A stretch of 50,662 bases of DNA from Octopus bimaculoides (GCF_001194135.2 NC_068985.1:71583825-71634486), one strand, 5' to 3'. Positions 35,689 through 48,856 are shown, numbered from the stretch's first letter. Numbers and translations: made by a program. The notes: generated from the letters alone by a model not told the origin.

Positions 35689-36274
35689 TGTAAATTATTG
35701 CCAATGCAGACCATCACAAATTTCCTTACTTCCCAAATTTTACCCTTTTTTGACTGATTGCCCTGCTCTGTCCACACATCTGTCTTTGATCCCTGTTTTG
35801 AAAAGAGGCTGTTACAAAAAAAATTTCAGTAAAACCTCATTAACATTTGACAGTTGTTCTGCTGTATTAAAAATGGATTTTGTTCTTATGAAATCCAATA
35901 ATAATAATGATGATATTTTGCAGCTACTGTGAACAATTTCAGAAGACAATGTAGGAGAACTGGGGTTGGTTAAGGGCTCAGCACATTGTTTATTTGCCTA
36001 TAATATCAATTAACTATTCAACAAAGGTGGGTTGTACATTTGATGCAAACCTAGTTGCTATTTCTAGCATGCCTAGTAACTACCCAACAGTGCTCTCTTG
36101 CCCCATTGAATGTACATGTGACCTGATTGCTGGCAAAAATATTTATTTATTCCCTCTCTGACTTTATTTCTCTTCATGAAAATAACTGGAGGTCTTCAAG
36201 TTGATAAGGCAAAATACACAGGTTTTACTACTGGGATATGAAAAAGTAGTCCAAGTTAGATAACCAGTGTGTGT

Positions 36275-36307
<33 letters not shown>

Positions 36308-37003
36308 TATTTGTGTGTGTGTGCATCTGTATATTACGACTAATAGCATTATCATCATTATCACGACCACCACATCATCATCCTCTCACCACTACCAACA
36401 CTATCATCCTCAGCATCCCCATCTTATCATCATTCCCACTACAATGGTGACAACCACCACCATTTATCATTTCTCCACTCTTTGAATGTTTAGATTTTTT
36501 TTATTGCACATGTTTGTCAGATCACAATATCCTTATGTCTGACTTCTTTGGTTTACCTCTGCCACAAACAGGTTCATGCCACTGATAGCAATCTTTCTAT
36601 CATTCATATCACATGTCCATACCAGTGCAGTTCAGGGGCACGCTTCAGCTGATGCCCTTCATGCCAAACTGCTCTCCCCACCTCTCTCTCTCCCTCTCCC
36701 CCTCCCCCTCTCTCTCCTCCCCCCCTCTCTCTCTGATAAACACATCAGTTTACCTACACTTTGCTGCTCATATATAATTTTATATTTATTTCAAATGCAA
36801 CATTTACCATCTTCAAATATTCAAATTTAAATAAGTCAAGCAAGAACCAGCTGCTAAATCTCTCATATCTCAATATACCATCTTNNNNNNNNNNNNNNNN
36901 NNNNNNNNNNNNNNNNNNNNNNNNNNNNNNNNNNNNNNNNNNNNNNNNNNNNNNNNNNNNNNNNNNNNNNNNNNNNNNNNNNNNNNNNNNNNNNNNNNNN
37001 NNN

Positions 37004-38158
37004 CTCAACAAAAAAGTGATGCAGTTAATCAAAGTATGCACCTAAATTATCAACACAATTTTACCATTTTATTGGTAGCTTATTTATGTCAGCAGCAAAG
37101 AATTCTGTAGAGCAAGATGGGATGAAATCACGAAGTGATGTTTTTGCATCTTCTTCAGATTTGAAATTTTTTCCTTGCAAAAAGTTGTCTAAAACCTGAA
37201 AAACATGATAGTCAGTTGGTGCAAGGTCTGGTGAATATGGTGGATGACAGAGTACTTCCAAGTTCAATTCCTGTAACTTCAGTAGCGCTCTTTGTGCAAC
37301 ATGTGGTTGAGCATTGTCTTGCAAGAGAATTGGCCTGTTGATGTATACAGCCACTTACCAGGTCTCATGAAGCTGTAGTTGATGACACCAGCACTGGACC
37401 ACCAAACAGACACCATTAGCCTTTTAGGTGAATATTCCTTTTTGCATTATACTTTGGTACTTCGTTTCTATCCAACCACCATGCAGAATGCCTGCTGTTG
37501 TTGAAAAGAATCCATTTTTCATCACACATAACAATACATTACAAAAATGGTTTGCTTTTATGCCATGATAGCAAAGAACAGGAAGTTTCAAGACGACGTG
37601 TCATTCGATGCTTGTTCAGTTCATGTGGTGCCCACTTGTCCAGCTTCTTTACTTTGCCAATTTATTTCAGATGGTCCAATACAGTTGGAATCAAAACATC
37701 AAACCTTGTTGCTAACTCATGCATAGTTTGAGATGTATCCACTTCCACTACAGTTTCCAGCTCATCATTATCCACCTTGGTCTCAGGTCTACCACGGGGC
37801 TGATTTTCAAGAGTAAAGTCACCAGACTGTAAATTCTCAAACCATCGTGGTACACCGCGCTCATTTGCCACATCTTTACCACACACTTCATTGATATTTC
37901 GAGGTGTCTGGGATGCAGTGGTTCCACGATGGAACTCATATTCATAAACAACATGAATTTTTTATCTATCCATGGGTTCGCAAAAAATGATTACAAGAGA
38001 AAACTCACAATATAATCAGACACCATGAACAGCATTTTGAAAAATGATGATGAAACTCTCCAATGCAGCAAGACAAAGAATTGTTAGGATAATTGTTAGT
38101 TAACGACTGTCAAACTTGGTACATAAGGAAATCGGACATTTCATTCTTAATGACCTGA
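37004..38158 (-). mobile_element. Mariner transposon 1 (Hsmar1/cecropia-like); 3' TIR expected in the 36885-37003 gap
   Basis: Putative 5' TIR TCAGGTCATTAAGAATGAAATGTCCG with TA at 38159-38160, 185 nt upstream of the ATG. Confidence 0.75.
37025..37973 (-). pseudogene. Dead mariner DD34D transposase
   Basis: Fragments: MDR*KIHVVYEYEFHRG (HTH region), RWFENLQSGDFTLENQPRGRP, KLDKWAPHEL, MCDEKW, LLQDNAQPH, HPPYSPDLAPTDYH, W*NCVDNLGAYFD*. Several stops, a frameshift and an internal deletion after SFMRPGK. Confidence 0.92.
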
Positions 38159-38189
38159 TACAATTTGAGAAGAACTATATCTTAAAAGG

Positions 38190-38640
38190 CAATATGCTAA
38201 TGGCTAGAATAGCCAACAGGGCTTCTGCGTATGGCTGGGTTCCAACCCAGATGCAGTAACAAAGTCCACCTGTCACACCTCTTGGTTCAACATCACTGCC
38301 GCCAGGTCCTGAATATATTTCAGGCCGGTGTCTGTGATCAAGCTGCCGATGTAAGTTTGATGACATTTTCCTCTTCTAACATCACCATAAAGCAAGTTCC
38401 ACAAAACTAATTTGGATGCTTCCAGTTCAGGGTGGTGCATGCAGTGATTACACAGTCGCAGCTGTTTTTGCCTGATCTTCCTATTAACTTTCAGCAGGTT
38501 TCCATTAAGGCTGATCTGAAGCTCAACCGCAATAACACAACAAATACAACAGACAAAGCGGAGATTAAAACCTCTGTATAGTTGCATGGGTCGCTTGAAA
38601 TAGCATCTCAAATCACTTTACCAGCTTTGGATAATGGGAT
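38190..38640 (-). mobile_element. RTE-clade LINE ORF2 3' fragment
   Basis: LNGNLLKVNRKIRQKQLRLCNHCMHHPELEASKLVLWNLLYGDVRRGKCHQTYIGSLITDTGL...DLAAVM matches the RTE C-terminal pattern (LYG.L..VS.KIR.RRLRLAGHC.RH...GRP..TY.D.L..DTG). Confidence 0.7.
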
Positions 38641-38804
38641 CCCAAATATACTGTGACTGAACAGAAAACCAGTCTGTAGTTATTCTCATTACAAAGTGTC
38701 CTTAGAAGCACGGAAAGTTGTTGCTGTTTGGTCCCAGGTCAACCTTGGCCAAAGTCATTCTAAATATGACTGTCCCATCTGTCCTGCATGAAAGTGCAGA
38801 CATG

Positions 38805-38942
38805 GCTGTGTAGTAAAAGTTTTGCTTCCTAACTATGTGATTCTAGGTTTAGTCCTCACTGCATAGCACCTTCTAATATAGCCCCAAGCTAACCAAAGCC
38901 TTGTGAGTGGATTTGGCAGATGGAAACTGAAAGAAGCCTGCC

Positions 38943-38994
<52 letters not shown>

Positions 38995-39440
38995 TAAATT
39001 TATGTGTACATGTTTGTCTCTCCTCCAGGCAAAATACTGAGCACCATTTCATCCATCTTCACATTCTGAGTTCATGTTCCACTGAGGCTGACTTTATCAT
39101 TCATCCTTTCAAAGTTGATAAAAGAAGTCTCTGTTGAGAACTGGGGGTCAATGTAATTGACTTCTCTCCTCCACCCAGAATTTCTGGTTTTATGCCAAAA
39201 TTTGAAATGAATATCTAAATGGCATTGAAGTTAGCAACCTGGCAGAATCATTAGCACACCAGGCAAAATGCTTTGTGGCATTTGGTCCATCTTGATGTTC
39301 TGAGTTCAAATTCCACTGAGGTCAACTTTACCTTTTATCCTTCAGGGTTGATAAAATAAGTACCAGCACTGGGGTTGATGTAATCAATTTTTTCCCCTTT
39401 CCCAAACCTTCTGGTCTTGTGCCAAAATTTTAAACCAATA
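38805..39440 (+). mobile_element. Degraded family A 5' module followed by two family C SINEs
   Basis: A head at about 38805-38945 then TA/TG; C copies at about 39030-39210 and 39225-39440. Confidence 0.7.
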
Positions 39441-39479
39441 TTGGCTGAACTTGACCCTTCTCTCTTGCAATTTATTCAG

Positions 39480-40080
39480 AGAGAGAGAGAGAGAGAGATC
39501 CTTTGCACACTCAATGAATTTGTTACAAACAGCAACAAAATGTTTAAATGCCATCCTAATGTGTAAAAAGAGAAAAGACCCATTGCATAATATGGTCTTG
39601 GAGACACACTGCTTTAAAAAAATGGAATGGTTATGACTTGAGCATTATAGATCATAGGTCTGTTGAATCAGGGTTGAGCTGATGGCAAGCCTTTGATCAA
39701 AGAGATTTCAACTATGACCCTCCCATCTTTTTGCCATGTGCCAGGGACCTAGAATCACAATATCCAAGGTATCCTTTTTTAGTAATAGTACAATGTCTTT
39801 TGAAGGTGATTTGGTTGTTATTTCTAGCCAGTCAAGTGAATATATATTGAATATATCGTATTATTGTTGTTAATGTTTAACCCCAGTTAGCCTTTATCAA
39901 ATAAGACCTTTAATCAAGGATATCTTAACCATGACCATCCCATCTTTTTGCCATTTGCCAGGAACTTTGGATCACAAGATCACAATATCCAAGGTATCCT
40001 TTTTCAGTGATAGTACAATGTGTTTTGGAGATGATTTGGTTGTTATTACTAGCCAGTCGAATAACACCATAGAGGCTTTC
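39480..40080. mobile_element. Cluster of family F old retroposon-like repeats, including a tandem duplicate
   Basis: Motifs CC(A)TCCCATCTTTTT and GATTTGGTTGTTATT(T/A)CTAGC occur twice (39680-39840, 39905-40075). Related copies lie at about 8550-8745, 8965-9110, 17890-18040, 21740-21940, 31915-32090, 32440-32640, 33020-33430, 36030-36100, 40935-41145, 43720-43850, 44360-44560 and 45075-45270. Confidence 0.7.
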
Positions 40081-40643
40081 TTTTTGGCCTGATTTGTAGA
40101 AGTACTCAAGTTGTGTATCAGTTGGATAAAGTTTCAACTCAAACAACAGTCAGCTGTTAATCCCCAGCTGCCTACCATGATAAGTTCAACAAATCTATGC
40201 TTTCATGTCAGTTTTTCAATTTCTTTCATCCATCATGTTTCCCCAAGAATGCGTGTGTGTGTGTGCGCGCACACACGTGCACGTGTAATAGAAAGTGTTT
40301 CTGAGTGAATTACTATGTGTGTGTTTATGAGAGAGAAAAAGAGAGGACGTTTGTGTTTTGTGTGTGTGTGTGTTTATATCTACTTGTGTGTGGATTTATC
40401 TGTTGGAGCATTTGTGTTTATTGCCATGTGTCAAGTGTTTACAAGAGAATGAATAATTAGTGTATCTACTCATACAGACACACACACACACAAAGCAAAA
40501 AAAAAAAACACACTTAAGGGTATGATGATATTGCGACTCTCTTTTCACAAGAAAGTATATTCCTGTATGTTATCTTGCTTTACAGCACTGAATGGTATAC
40601 ATTATGAAATATGAAATGTGATACAGCATGATAGGGCATTGTA

Positions 40644-40705
<62 letters not shown>

Positions 40706-41169
40706 NNNNNNNNNNNNNNNNNNNNNNNNNNNNNNNNNNNNNNNNNNNNNNNNNNNNNNNNNNNNNNNNNNNNNNNNNNNNNNNNNNNNNNNNNNNNNNN
40801 NNNNNNNNNNNNNNNNNNNNNNNNNNNNNNNNNNNNNNNNNNNNNNNNNNNNNATATATATATATATATATATATATATAAACACACACATATGAAATGG
40901 TTTAGTGGGTAATATATAATGCAACATAATAATCAAATGTTGTTTGATGTTGTTGGTTCTGTTTGGACCCAGATTAGTCCTAATTGACTGATATTTGTTC
41001 AAAGTCATTTCAGCCATCCATCAGACATCCAGGGACATATAATTTTATTGTATTTCTTCATTGTTAAAGATAGTAAAGTGTGATCTGAGGAGATTTTTGT
41101 TACTATTTTTAGTTGATTAGGTGATCCCATAGAGGTTATCTAGTTAATATTGGATAATGTTTATACTAA

Positions 41170-41490
41170 CTACTAGCACTCTTGGTTACAACAAGGTTTC
41201 CATTTGATCCGATCAGCAGAACAGCCTGCTCGTGAAATTAATGTGCAAGTGGCCAAACACTCCACAGACATGTATACCCTTAACGTAGTTCTCAGGGAGA
41301 TTCGGCATGACACATACTGTGATAAGGCTGGCCTTTTGAAGTATAGGTACTACTCATTTTTGCCAGCTGAGTGGACTGGAGTAATGTGAAATAAAGTGTC
41401 TGACTCTAGGACACAACATGTCGCTGGGTATTGAACTCACGACCTGGCAATCATGAGCTGAATACTCTAACCACTAAGCCATGCACTTTC
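41170..41490 (-). mobile_element. tRNA-derived SINE family E, uninterrupted
   Basis: Minus strand head ATGGCTTAGTGGTTAGAGTATTCAGCTCATGATTGCCAGGTCGTGAGTTCAATACCC. Confidence 0.8.
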
Positions 41491-41684
41491 ACAATGTTTG
41501 CAGTATATGTAGGAAAAAACATTAGACAAAATAATACCATGTGGCTCAAACAAATCCAGAATCTGCCTTTCTTAACACAATTGTACAACTAATAATTATT
41601 AACTCTTTCTTTTTTTGTTTATTCTTCTGTTACTATGGTATCAGTTTCTATGTTCTTCCTCTCTGAATAAGCACATATATTTAA

Positions 41685-41905
41685 CCCTTTAGCATTCAGA
41701 TTACTCTGTCAAATGTAACACTTTTTTGATTCACATTGTTTTAAATTCATCATGCATTATTTCATAGCTTTTAGATTTCAATGATGTGAATGTATGCTAT
41801 TAGAATGACATTATAGGCTAGGTATGAAAGACTGGATCTGTTTAGTTTGAACATAAAACAAATAAAATATTTTAGCCAGATATGGTTGGTTTAAATGTTA
41901 AGGGG
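41685..41905 (+). mobile_element. piggyBac-type MITE (family P1), best copy
   Basis: TTAA|CCCTTTAGCATT ... AATGTTAAGGGG|CTAA; CCC/GGG termini at a TTAA-like site. Confidence 0.75.
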
Positions 41906-42407
41906 CTAAAACTTTGGGCTTTTTCACTCCTCACAATAAAGCAACAGACTTTACTTCTTTTTTTTTCTATGAACTTTCATATAACTTCTGATATAGACCA
42001 TCACCAATTGCCTTGTGTTCTGGATCTTACTTTAATAATGAAAATAGTATAACAGTTGTATTTTATAATATCATATGACATACGTGTCAAGTTTCAAAGT
42101 TGTATATAATTTGGGGATGAGAAGACAGTGTTCTAAGAAATAGGAATAATAATGATTTTTAACCATGGGTCAAGGTCAGAAGTTTTAGGGAAATTTTATT
42201 ATCATTTGAATGTAATTGATGCAGGCAGTGAATTGAAAGAATATATGATAGAGATTTTAACTGTTTTTTCAGATCAACTTCCATCATAAATGACATGACA
42301 TGGAAACTAAACCAGCTCTATCTGTGCATTAGTCTTTCATTCTCTCTCCTTCTCTTTCCCCCTGTAACACTCACACACATATGGACATAGATATACATAT
42401 ATATATA

Positions 42408-42575
42408 TCATCATCATCATCATCATCGTTTAACGTCCGCTTTCCATGCTAGCATGGGTTGGACGATTTGACTGAGGACTGGTGAAACCGGATGGCAACA
42501 CCAGGCTCCAGTCTGATTTGGCAGAGTTTCTACAGCTGGATGCCCTTCCTAACGCCAACCACTCAGAGAGTGTAG
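42408..42575 (-). mobile_element. Young SINE family D copy, 3' part (rest may lie in the gap)
   Basis: (CAT)n then CGTTTAACGTCCGCTTTCCATGCTAGCATGGGTTGGACG...; about 6 mismatches in about 135 nt against the 35400-35688 copy. Confidence 0.9.
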
Positions 42576-43281
42576 TGTGTGTATATATATGTGTGTGTGT
42601 ATATNNNNNNNNNNNNNNNNNNNNNNNNNNNNNNNNNNNNNNNNNNNNNNNNNNNNNNNNNNNNNNNNNNNNNNNNNNNNNNNNNNNNNNNNNNNNNNNN
42701 NNNNNNNNNNNNNNNNNNNNNNNNNNNNNNNNNNNNNNNNNNNNNNNNNNNNNNNNNNNNNNNNNNNNNNNNNNNNNNNNNNNNNNNNNNNNNNNNNNNN
42801 NNNNNNNNNNNNNNNNNNNNNNNNNNNNNNNNNNNNNNNNNNNNNNNNNNNNNNNNNNNNNNNNNNNNNNNNNNNNNNNNNNNNNNNNNNNNNNNNNNNN
42901 NNNNNNNNNNNNNNNNNNNNNNNNNNNNNNNNNNNNNNNNNNNNNNNNNNNNNNNNNNNNNNNNNNNNNNNNNNNNNNNNNNNNNNNNNNNNNNNNNNNN
43001 NNNNNNNNNNNNNNNNNNNNNNNNNNNNNNNNNNNNNNNNNNNNNNNNNNNNNNNNNNNNNNNNNNNNNNNNNNNNNNNNNNNNNNNNNNNNNNNNNNNN
43101 NNNNNNNNNNNNNNNNNNNNNNNNNNNNNNNNNNNNNNNNNNNNNNNNNNNNNNNNNNNNNNNNNNNNNNNNNNNNNNNNNNNNNNNATATATATTTAAA
43201 AGGCTATGCTCCAGCATGGCTGCAGTCAAACGACTGAAACTAGTAAAAGAGTATACGTATGTATGTATGTATGTATGTATG

Positions 43282-43324
<43 letters not shown>

Positions 43325-44039
43325 TTGAGAAGTCTGCCTTCCAGCTGCATATTTTGAATTCAGTCCTATCATATAGCACCAAAGGCAAATGTCTTCTCTT
43401 ATAGACCCCAGGCCAACCAAAGCCTTGTGAGTAGATATGGTAAACAGAAACTTAAAAAAGACTGGCATGTATATATGTATGTGTGTGTATGTGCATGTGT
43501 GCATGTAAGTGTGCCTGTTCACTTCTGCAGTCACTTGCACAAATGTGCTGCACATAATGTTGTTGTCAGTTTTTTTTTCTGTCAATGAATCATGTCGGTA
43601 CTTCATGCCTTTGAAGCCATGTGGAATGACTGATCCCTTATTTGTAAAAACCAGGAAGGGCGAATGTCAGAAAAGGGCATCTGGCTGTGAAACAATCTTC
43701 AAATAACGTATTCATCCAACCCATATTGGCAAAGAAAATCTATGAGATTAAAACAAACCAAAGAAGGAATGGCTATATCAAGGACAACTAAGATCTCTGT
43801 TGGTCCTCATTGAATAAATATGATCAAAGACTTGTGAAAGGGTCTTCCCCATTCCCTTTCCCTAACTCCACAGCATCTTTTTACACACATACACAAATAC
43901 TTTTATTACAGAAGTTTGGTGGGTGTTGGGGGAGGATGGCTTACAAGGAATATGAGATAGGATATTTGGGTGGCAGGTGTGTTAAATGGGAATATATAGT
44001 GATTGTGTAGGAGGTATATAAAAGAATGGTTGTTGTGTG

Positions 44040-44684
44040 ATGGAGTTGCATGGATGAGTGGTGGTGGTGGCAGTGAAGATGATGGCAGCAGCAGCAGCAG
44101 TGGCAGTGACTGTAGAGCTAATGCTGCTGCTGCTGGTTGTAATTACTGGGCATTAATAGAATGTTGTTATTGGTATTGAATGAGGTGTCAGCTATTGTAA
44201 GTGGTTAGTGATGAAATAGATGACAGAGATGGTAGGGGTGGAGGCAGCCATCATAGTTGTGAAGGTTGTCATATAGTAAATAGTTGTGATTGGGATAATG
44301 TTAATAACAGATGTGATACTATTGTGATATTAGTGTCAAGTCATGCTGTTTATATATTAGTAGTAGTTGTTATAATTTAGCTGCAGGTCTCCTATGATCA
44401 AAGGCATTCCAGCCATGACAGTCCCTTTTGCTTTTGTCTCAAATGCCATCTACCAAGAACTATATAATCTAATGTATTGTTCATTTTTTCTTCTAAGATT
44501 AGCCTGTGTTATATGAAGGAGATTTGGCTATAAGTAGCAGGTTGAGTGACTGTAAGACGTCTGGGATTTTGAAGGTGGTGATTAATGGTTGTGTATATAA
44601 TGTTGTTAATATGATAATAGGTGTAAGAATGGAGGTAGTAGTTTTTGTGTTAGCGGTCAAGATAGCAAAAGTGTTCTTAATGCG

Positions 44685-44726
<42 letters not shown>

Positions 44727-45700
44727 ATTTTAGTAGTGGCTGTAGTGGTTGTAGTACTGTTGCTATGGTAATGGTGATAGTCATCATGAGATTTTTGGCG
44801 ACAAAAGTATCTACAATAAGTAGCATGGTGGTGGTGGCAGTGGTTGGGGCAGGGGTGGTGGTGGTGGTGAAGCCAGTGTTGGTGGTGAAGCCAGTGGTGG
44901 TGGTGGTGGCCATGGTGGTGGTGCTGCTGATGATGATGATGGCAGTGGTGGTGATGGCGGCAGCGGCAGTGATGGTGTCCATGGTAGTGGTGGTGGTGGT
45001 GGCGACGGTATCGGTGGTGGTGGTGGTAGCCATGGTGGTGGTGGTGGCCATGGTGGTGGTGATTTGTCATGATTGTTGTTGTCGTTTAACCCTAGATTAG
45101 CCACAAGCAAGCAGGCCTATGATCAATGGCATTCCAGCCATCTTGTCTAGTTAGGAACTCAGACCCACTATAACCAATGTTGTTTATTCTCTTTTTATTT
45201 AAGACAGTAAGGGTGTGATTTGAGATTTGGCTGTTCTTTCTAGTAGCTCAGCGAATAAGTAGAGGCTCCCTGACTGATTTGTTATTAATAGTAGTGATAG
45301 TGCTGGTGATGGTGGTGACGGAGATTTAGTGGCAGTGGGAACGGAATTGAAAGGAAGTAGTGCTATTGGAAATATTGTCATAAATATGAATGGTTTTAGT
45401 TGCTGGTGTGATTGTGTTGGTAGTGGTGGTGGTGGTGGTGGTGATGGATCTCTGAGAAGCAGTAGTATGTTGTTGATGATGATGATGATGGTAGCATTAT
45501 GGACAGTTATAGAGAATGAAGATGATGATGATTGTACAATATGGTAGCATTGCATGGTGGTAGGAGAATTGATAGCCATTGTGGTGTTGTGGCATTGTGG
45601 TGTTCTGGTGCCAGTGGTGCCTCCAGCTCCAGTGGTGTCAATGATGTGGTGTTGTGGGTGCAGGGAGTTATTTTGTGCCACTTTGGCTTGCAGCTGTGTC
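44040..45700. repeat. Extended trinucleotide low-complexity region (GTG/GTA/GAT/GCA) with two family F repeats
   Basis: Mixed (GTA)n, (GTG)n and (GAT)n arrays. Overlapping ORFs on both strands give poly-H, poly-T, poly-P and poly-V. Confidence 0.8.
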
Positions 45701-45806
45701 AGGAACTAATTCTATTCATAGAGAAGAGATAATGCAGTGACATGAAGTTTTAACATGAATTATTCATAGGAACTATCAACTGGCACTCAATAGTTCATTG
45801 CCTCTG

Positions 45807-45858
<52 letters not shown>

Positions 45859-46019
45859 TTTGTCTCTCTCTCTGTTTTTTTTTTCATTTTTGTTTTCTAC
45901 ATACACAACACCCACAAACACATTCAGACATATATATATATACATATATATGCAGACATGTACACATATATCTACACTTACACGCACATGTGTATATATA
46001 TATATATATATACACACAA

Positions 46020-46064
<45 letters not shown>

Positions 46065-46485
46065 NNNNNNNNNNNNNNNNNNNNNNNNNNNNNNNNNNNN
46101 NNNNNNNNNNNNNNNNNNNNNNNNNNNNNNNNNNNNNNNNNNNNNNNNNNNNNNNNNNNNNNNNNNNNNNNNNNNNNNNNNNNNNNNNNNNNNNNNNNNN
46201 NNNNNNNNNNNNNNNNNNNNNNNNNNNNNNNNNNNNNNNNNNNNNNNNNNNNNNNNNNNNNNNNNNNNNNNNNNNNNNNNNNNNNNNNNNNNNNNNNNNN
46301 NNNNNNNNNNNNNNNNNNNNNNNNNNNNNNNNNNNNNNNNNNNNNNNNNNNNNNNNNNNNNNNNNNNNNNNNNNNNNNNNNNNNNNNNNNNNNNNNNNNN
46401 NNNNNNNNNNNNNNNNNNNNNNNNNNNNNNNNNNNNNNNNNNNNNNNNNNNNNNNNNNNNNNNNNNNNNNNNNNNNNNNNNNNNN

Positions 46486-46529
<44 letters not shown>

Positions 46530-47663
46530 CATATATATTGGTAAATATTAACAAATGTTACTGTTGATAAATTTCAGAAGTGCAACTCATAAGCAAGTTG
46601 GCTTAGGCCAGGAAAGCAAGAGTAAACCTATATAAAATCAACCAAGTACCATAGCAACAGGTGGTATCACATTTTTTGAACATGACCTGACATAGACTAA
46701 AGCATTTCTCTGCCTCACGTTGTCTACAGTTTCCCTTGTCTTAGTTTCTGAGAAAGAGCTTTTGCTTGAAACATCAAAGACACTACTTCTTACTCTCCTC
46801 TTATTATGTATAAAACTAATAATTTCACTTTGTTTAAACATTGTTGTCTGTATTGCTTTGAATATTTTTCTTCTTTCTCCCTCACTCTCTCACCCTATCA
46901 AATTCTGTGAATCTTTCAACAATCTATTTATCTAATCTACTTCACTGTATAGTACTTGTTCTTTCTCATTCAAATCTTTCAGCACAGCCACTGCTTTCTC
47001 CTTCCATCATGAGAGACAGAGAAACCAACCAATAAAACTGGCTGACATATTGCTTAGTTTAACATATGTACACACACACACACATACATATATGTGTATG
47101 TAACTCTCTCCCACTCACTCTCTCTCTCTTTCTATATATATANNNNNNNNNNNNNNNNNNNNNNNNNNNNNNNNNNNNNNNNNNNNNNNNNNNNNNNNNN
47201 NNNNNNNNNNNNNNNNNNNNNNNNNNNNNNNNNNNNNNNNNNNNNNNNNNNNNNNNNNNNNNNNNNNNNNNNNNNNNNNNNNNNNNNNNNNNNNNNNNNN
47301 NNNNNNNNNNNNNNNNNNNNNNNNNNNNNNNNNNNNNNNNNNNNNNNNNNNNNNNNNNNNNNNNNNNNNNNNNNNNNNNNNNNNNNNNNNNNNNNNNNNN
47401 NNNNNNNNNNNNNNNNNNNNNNNNNNNNNNNNNNNNNNNNNNNNNNNNNNNNNNNNNNNNNNNNNNNNNNNNNNNNNNNNNNNNNNNNNNNNNNNNNNNN
47501 NNNNNNNNNNNNNNNNNNNNNNNNNNNNNNNNNNNNNNNNNNNNNNNNNNNNNNNNNNNNNNNNNNNNNNNNNNNNNNNNNNNNNNNNNNNNNNNNNNNN
47601 NNNNNNNNNNNNNNNNNNNNNNNNNNNNNNNNNNNNNNNNNNNNNNNNNNNNNNNNNNNNNNN

Positions 47664-47699
<36 letters not shown>

Positions 47700-47708
<9 letters not shown>

Positions 47709-47922
47709 ATATGTTTGTGTGTCTGTGTTTGTCCCCCCAGCTTCGCTTGACAACTGATGCTGGTGTGTTTGCGTCCCCATAACTTGGCGGTTCGGCAAAA
47801 AGAGACCGATAGAATAAGTACTAAAGTACTAGGCTTACAAAGAATAAGTCCTGGGTCGAGTTGCTCGACTAAAGGCGGTACCCCAGTCAAATGACTGAAA
47901 CAAGTAAAAGAGTAAAAAAAGA
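47700..47922 (+). mobile_element. Family A SINE 3' module (head may lie in the 47143-47663 gap)
   Basis: GTTTGTCCCCCC...TTGACAACTGATGCTGGTGTGTTT...GAAACAAGTAAAAGAGTAAAA. Confidence 0.85.
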
Positions 47923-47934
47923 GTATATATACAC

Positions 47935-48856
47935 AAAAAGTCATCAACAGCAGACATGACGTTGTCATATTGGAAACAAATACGAATGATAGACAGATAA
48001 GGCCAAATCAGGAGAATAGAAATGGTTAGAGACCAATTCAAAGCCACAGTCATGCACAGCAGCCATTGAAAACAAGGACTTGTATGCTGGAACAGTGTCC
48101 TGATGAAACAAGACCTCTTTCATCAATTTTCCTGGGTGTTTGGTCTTGATAACCTTTTGTAACTGCCTCAGCAAGTTGGCATAATACTCTCCATTGATGG
48201 CGGTGGCCCTTTTGTAGGTAGTCAATAAACACAATGTCTTTTGAATCCAAAAAACTGAGGCCATTGCCTTTTCTGCAGACGGAATGACCTTGACTTTCTT
48301 TGAAGCAGGTGATAAGGGATGTTTCTGCTGCATGGATTGCTTCTTTGTCTCTGGCTCAAAGTGATGAACCCAACACTTAATCTAGGTTAGGAAACATTCA
48401 AGGGAACCAACTGGATCTGCCTCAAACCATGTCAGATTTGTTTGCGATATTATCAGGCTGATGTGCTTTTGATCTGGTGTCAGAAGACGTGGCACCCACC
48501 AAGCAGAAACATTTGTCATGCCAAGTTCATAGTACAGAATATTCTCCACTATTTCACAGGATGTGCTAATAGCATCCTTGACTATTTGATTTATAGTCAA
48601 TCACCTGTCATCTATCACCATGTGGTGAACACAATCAATGTTTCCTTTGGTGGCGGCAGATGCAAGACATCCAGACCTTGGGTCTTATTCCAGACTCTCC
48701 CTTCTCCTCCTAAATCGAGCTTCCCACTTTTGCACTGTTGTTAAAGCTGGAACATCATCTCCTAGTATAGCAACCATGTCAACATGAGTGTCCTTGGGGG
48801 CTTAAACCCTTTTTCTACGGGTACTTGATAACACCATGATGCAAAATTTGGTCCAT
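47935..48856 (-). pseudogene. Dead mariner DD34D transposase
   Basis: ATG at 48856 (MDQILHHGVIKY), DMVAILGDDVPALTTVQKW, WWVPRLLTPDQK, ASVFW, DIVFIDYLQKG, INGEYYANLL, LFHQDTVPAYK, FYSPDLAL; stops and frameshifts. Confidence 0.92.

Larger units (their letters stand above)
931..47663. other. 13 assembly gaps, most at dinucleotide microsatellites
   Basis: 931-1334, 2663-2786, 5750-6691, 7350-7415, 12989-13009, 14991-15107, 19680-19733, 31021-31665, 36885-37003, 40706-40853, 42605-43187, 46065-46485, 47143-47663. Confidence 0.98.

Noticed and set aside
44657-45110. His-rich, Thr-rich, Pro-rich and Val-rich ORFs
   Set aside because: Several frames on both strands are open because (GTG)/(GAT) repeats lack stops; no domain or splice support. 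A mucin-like exon cannot be fully excluded without RNA data.
46638-46841. Minus-strand ORF VRSSVFDVSSKSSFSETKTRE...
   Set aside because: Only 67 aa, no recognisable motif or splice signals; within chance expectation.
807-47968. Long ORFs containing X runs (e.g. 5674-6702, 5725-7044, 30885-31802, 42482-43404, 45787-46554, 47066-47968)
   Set aside because: They are open only because N has no stop codons; the flanks are (TA)n/(TG)n translations.
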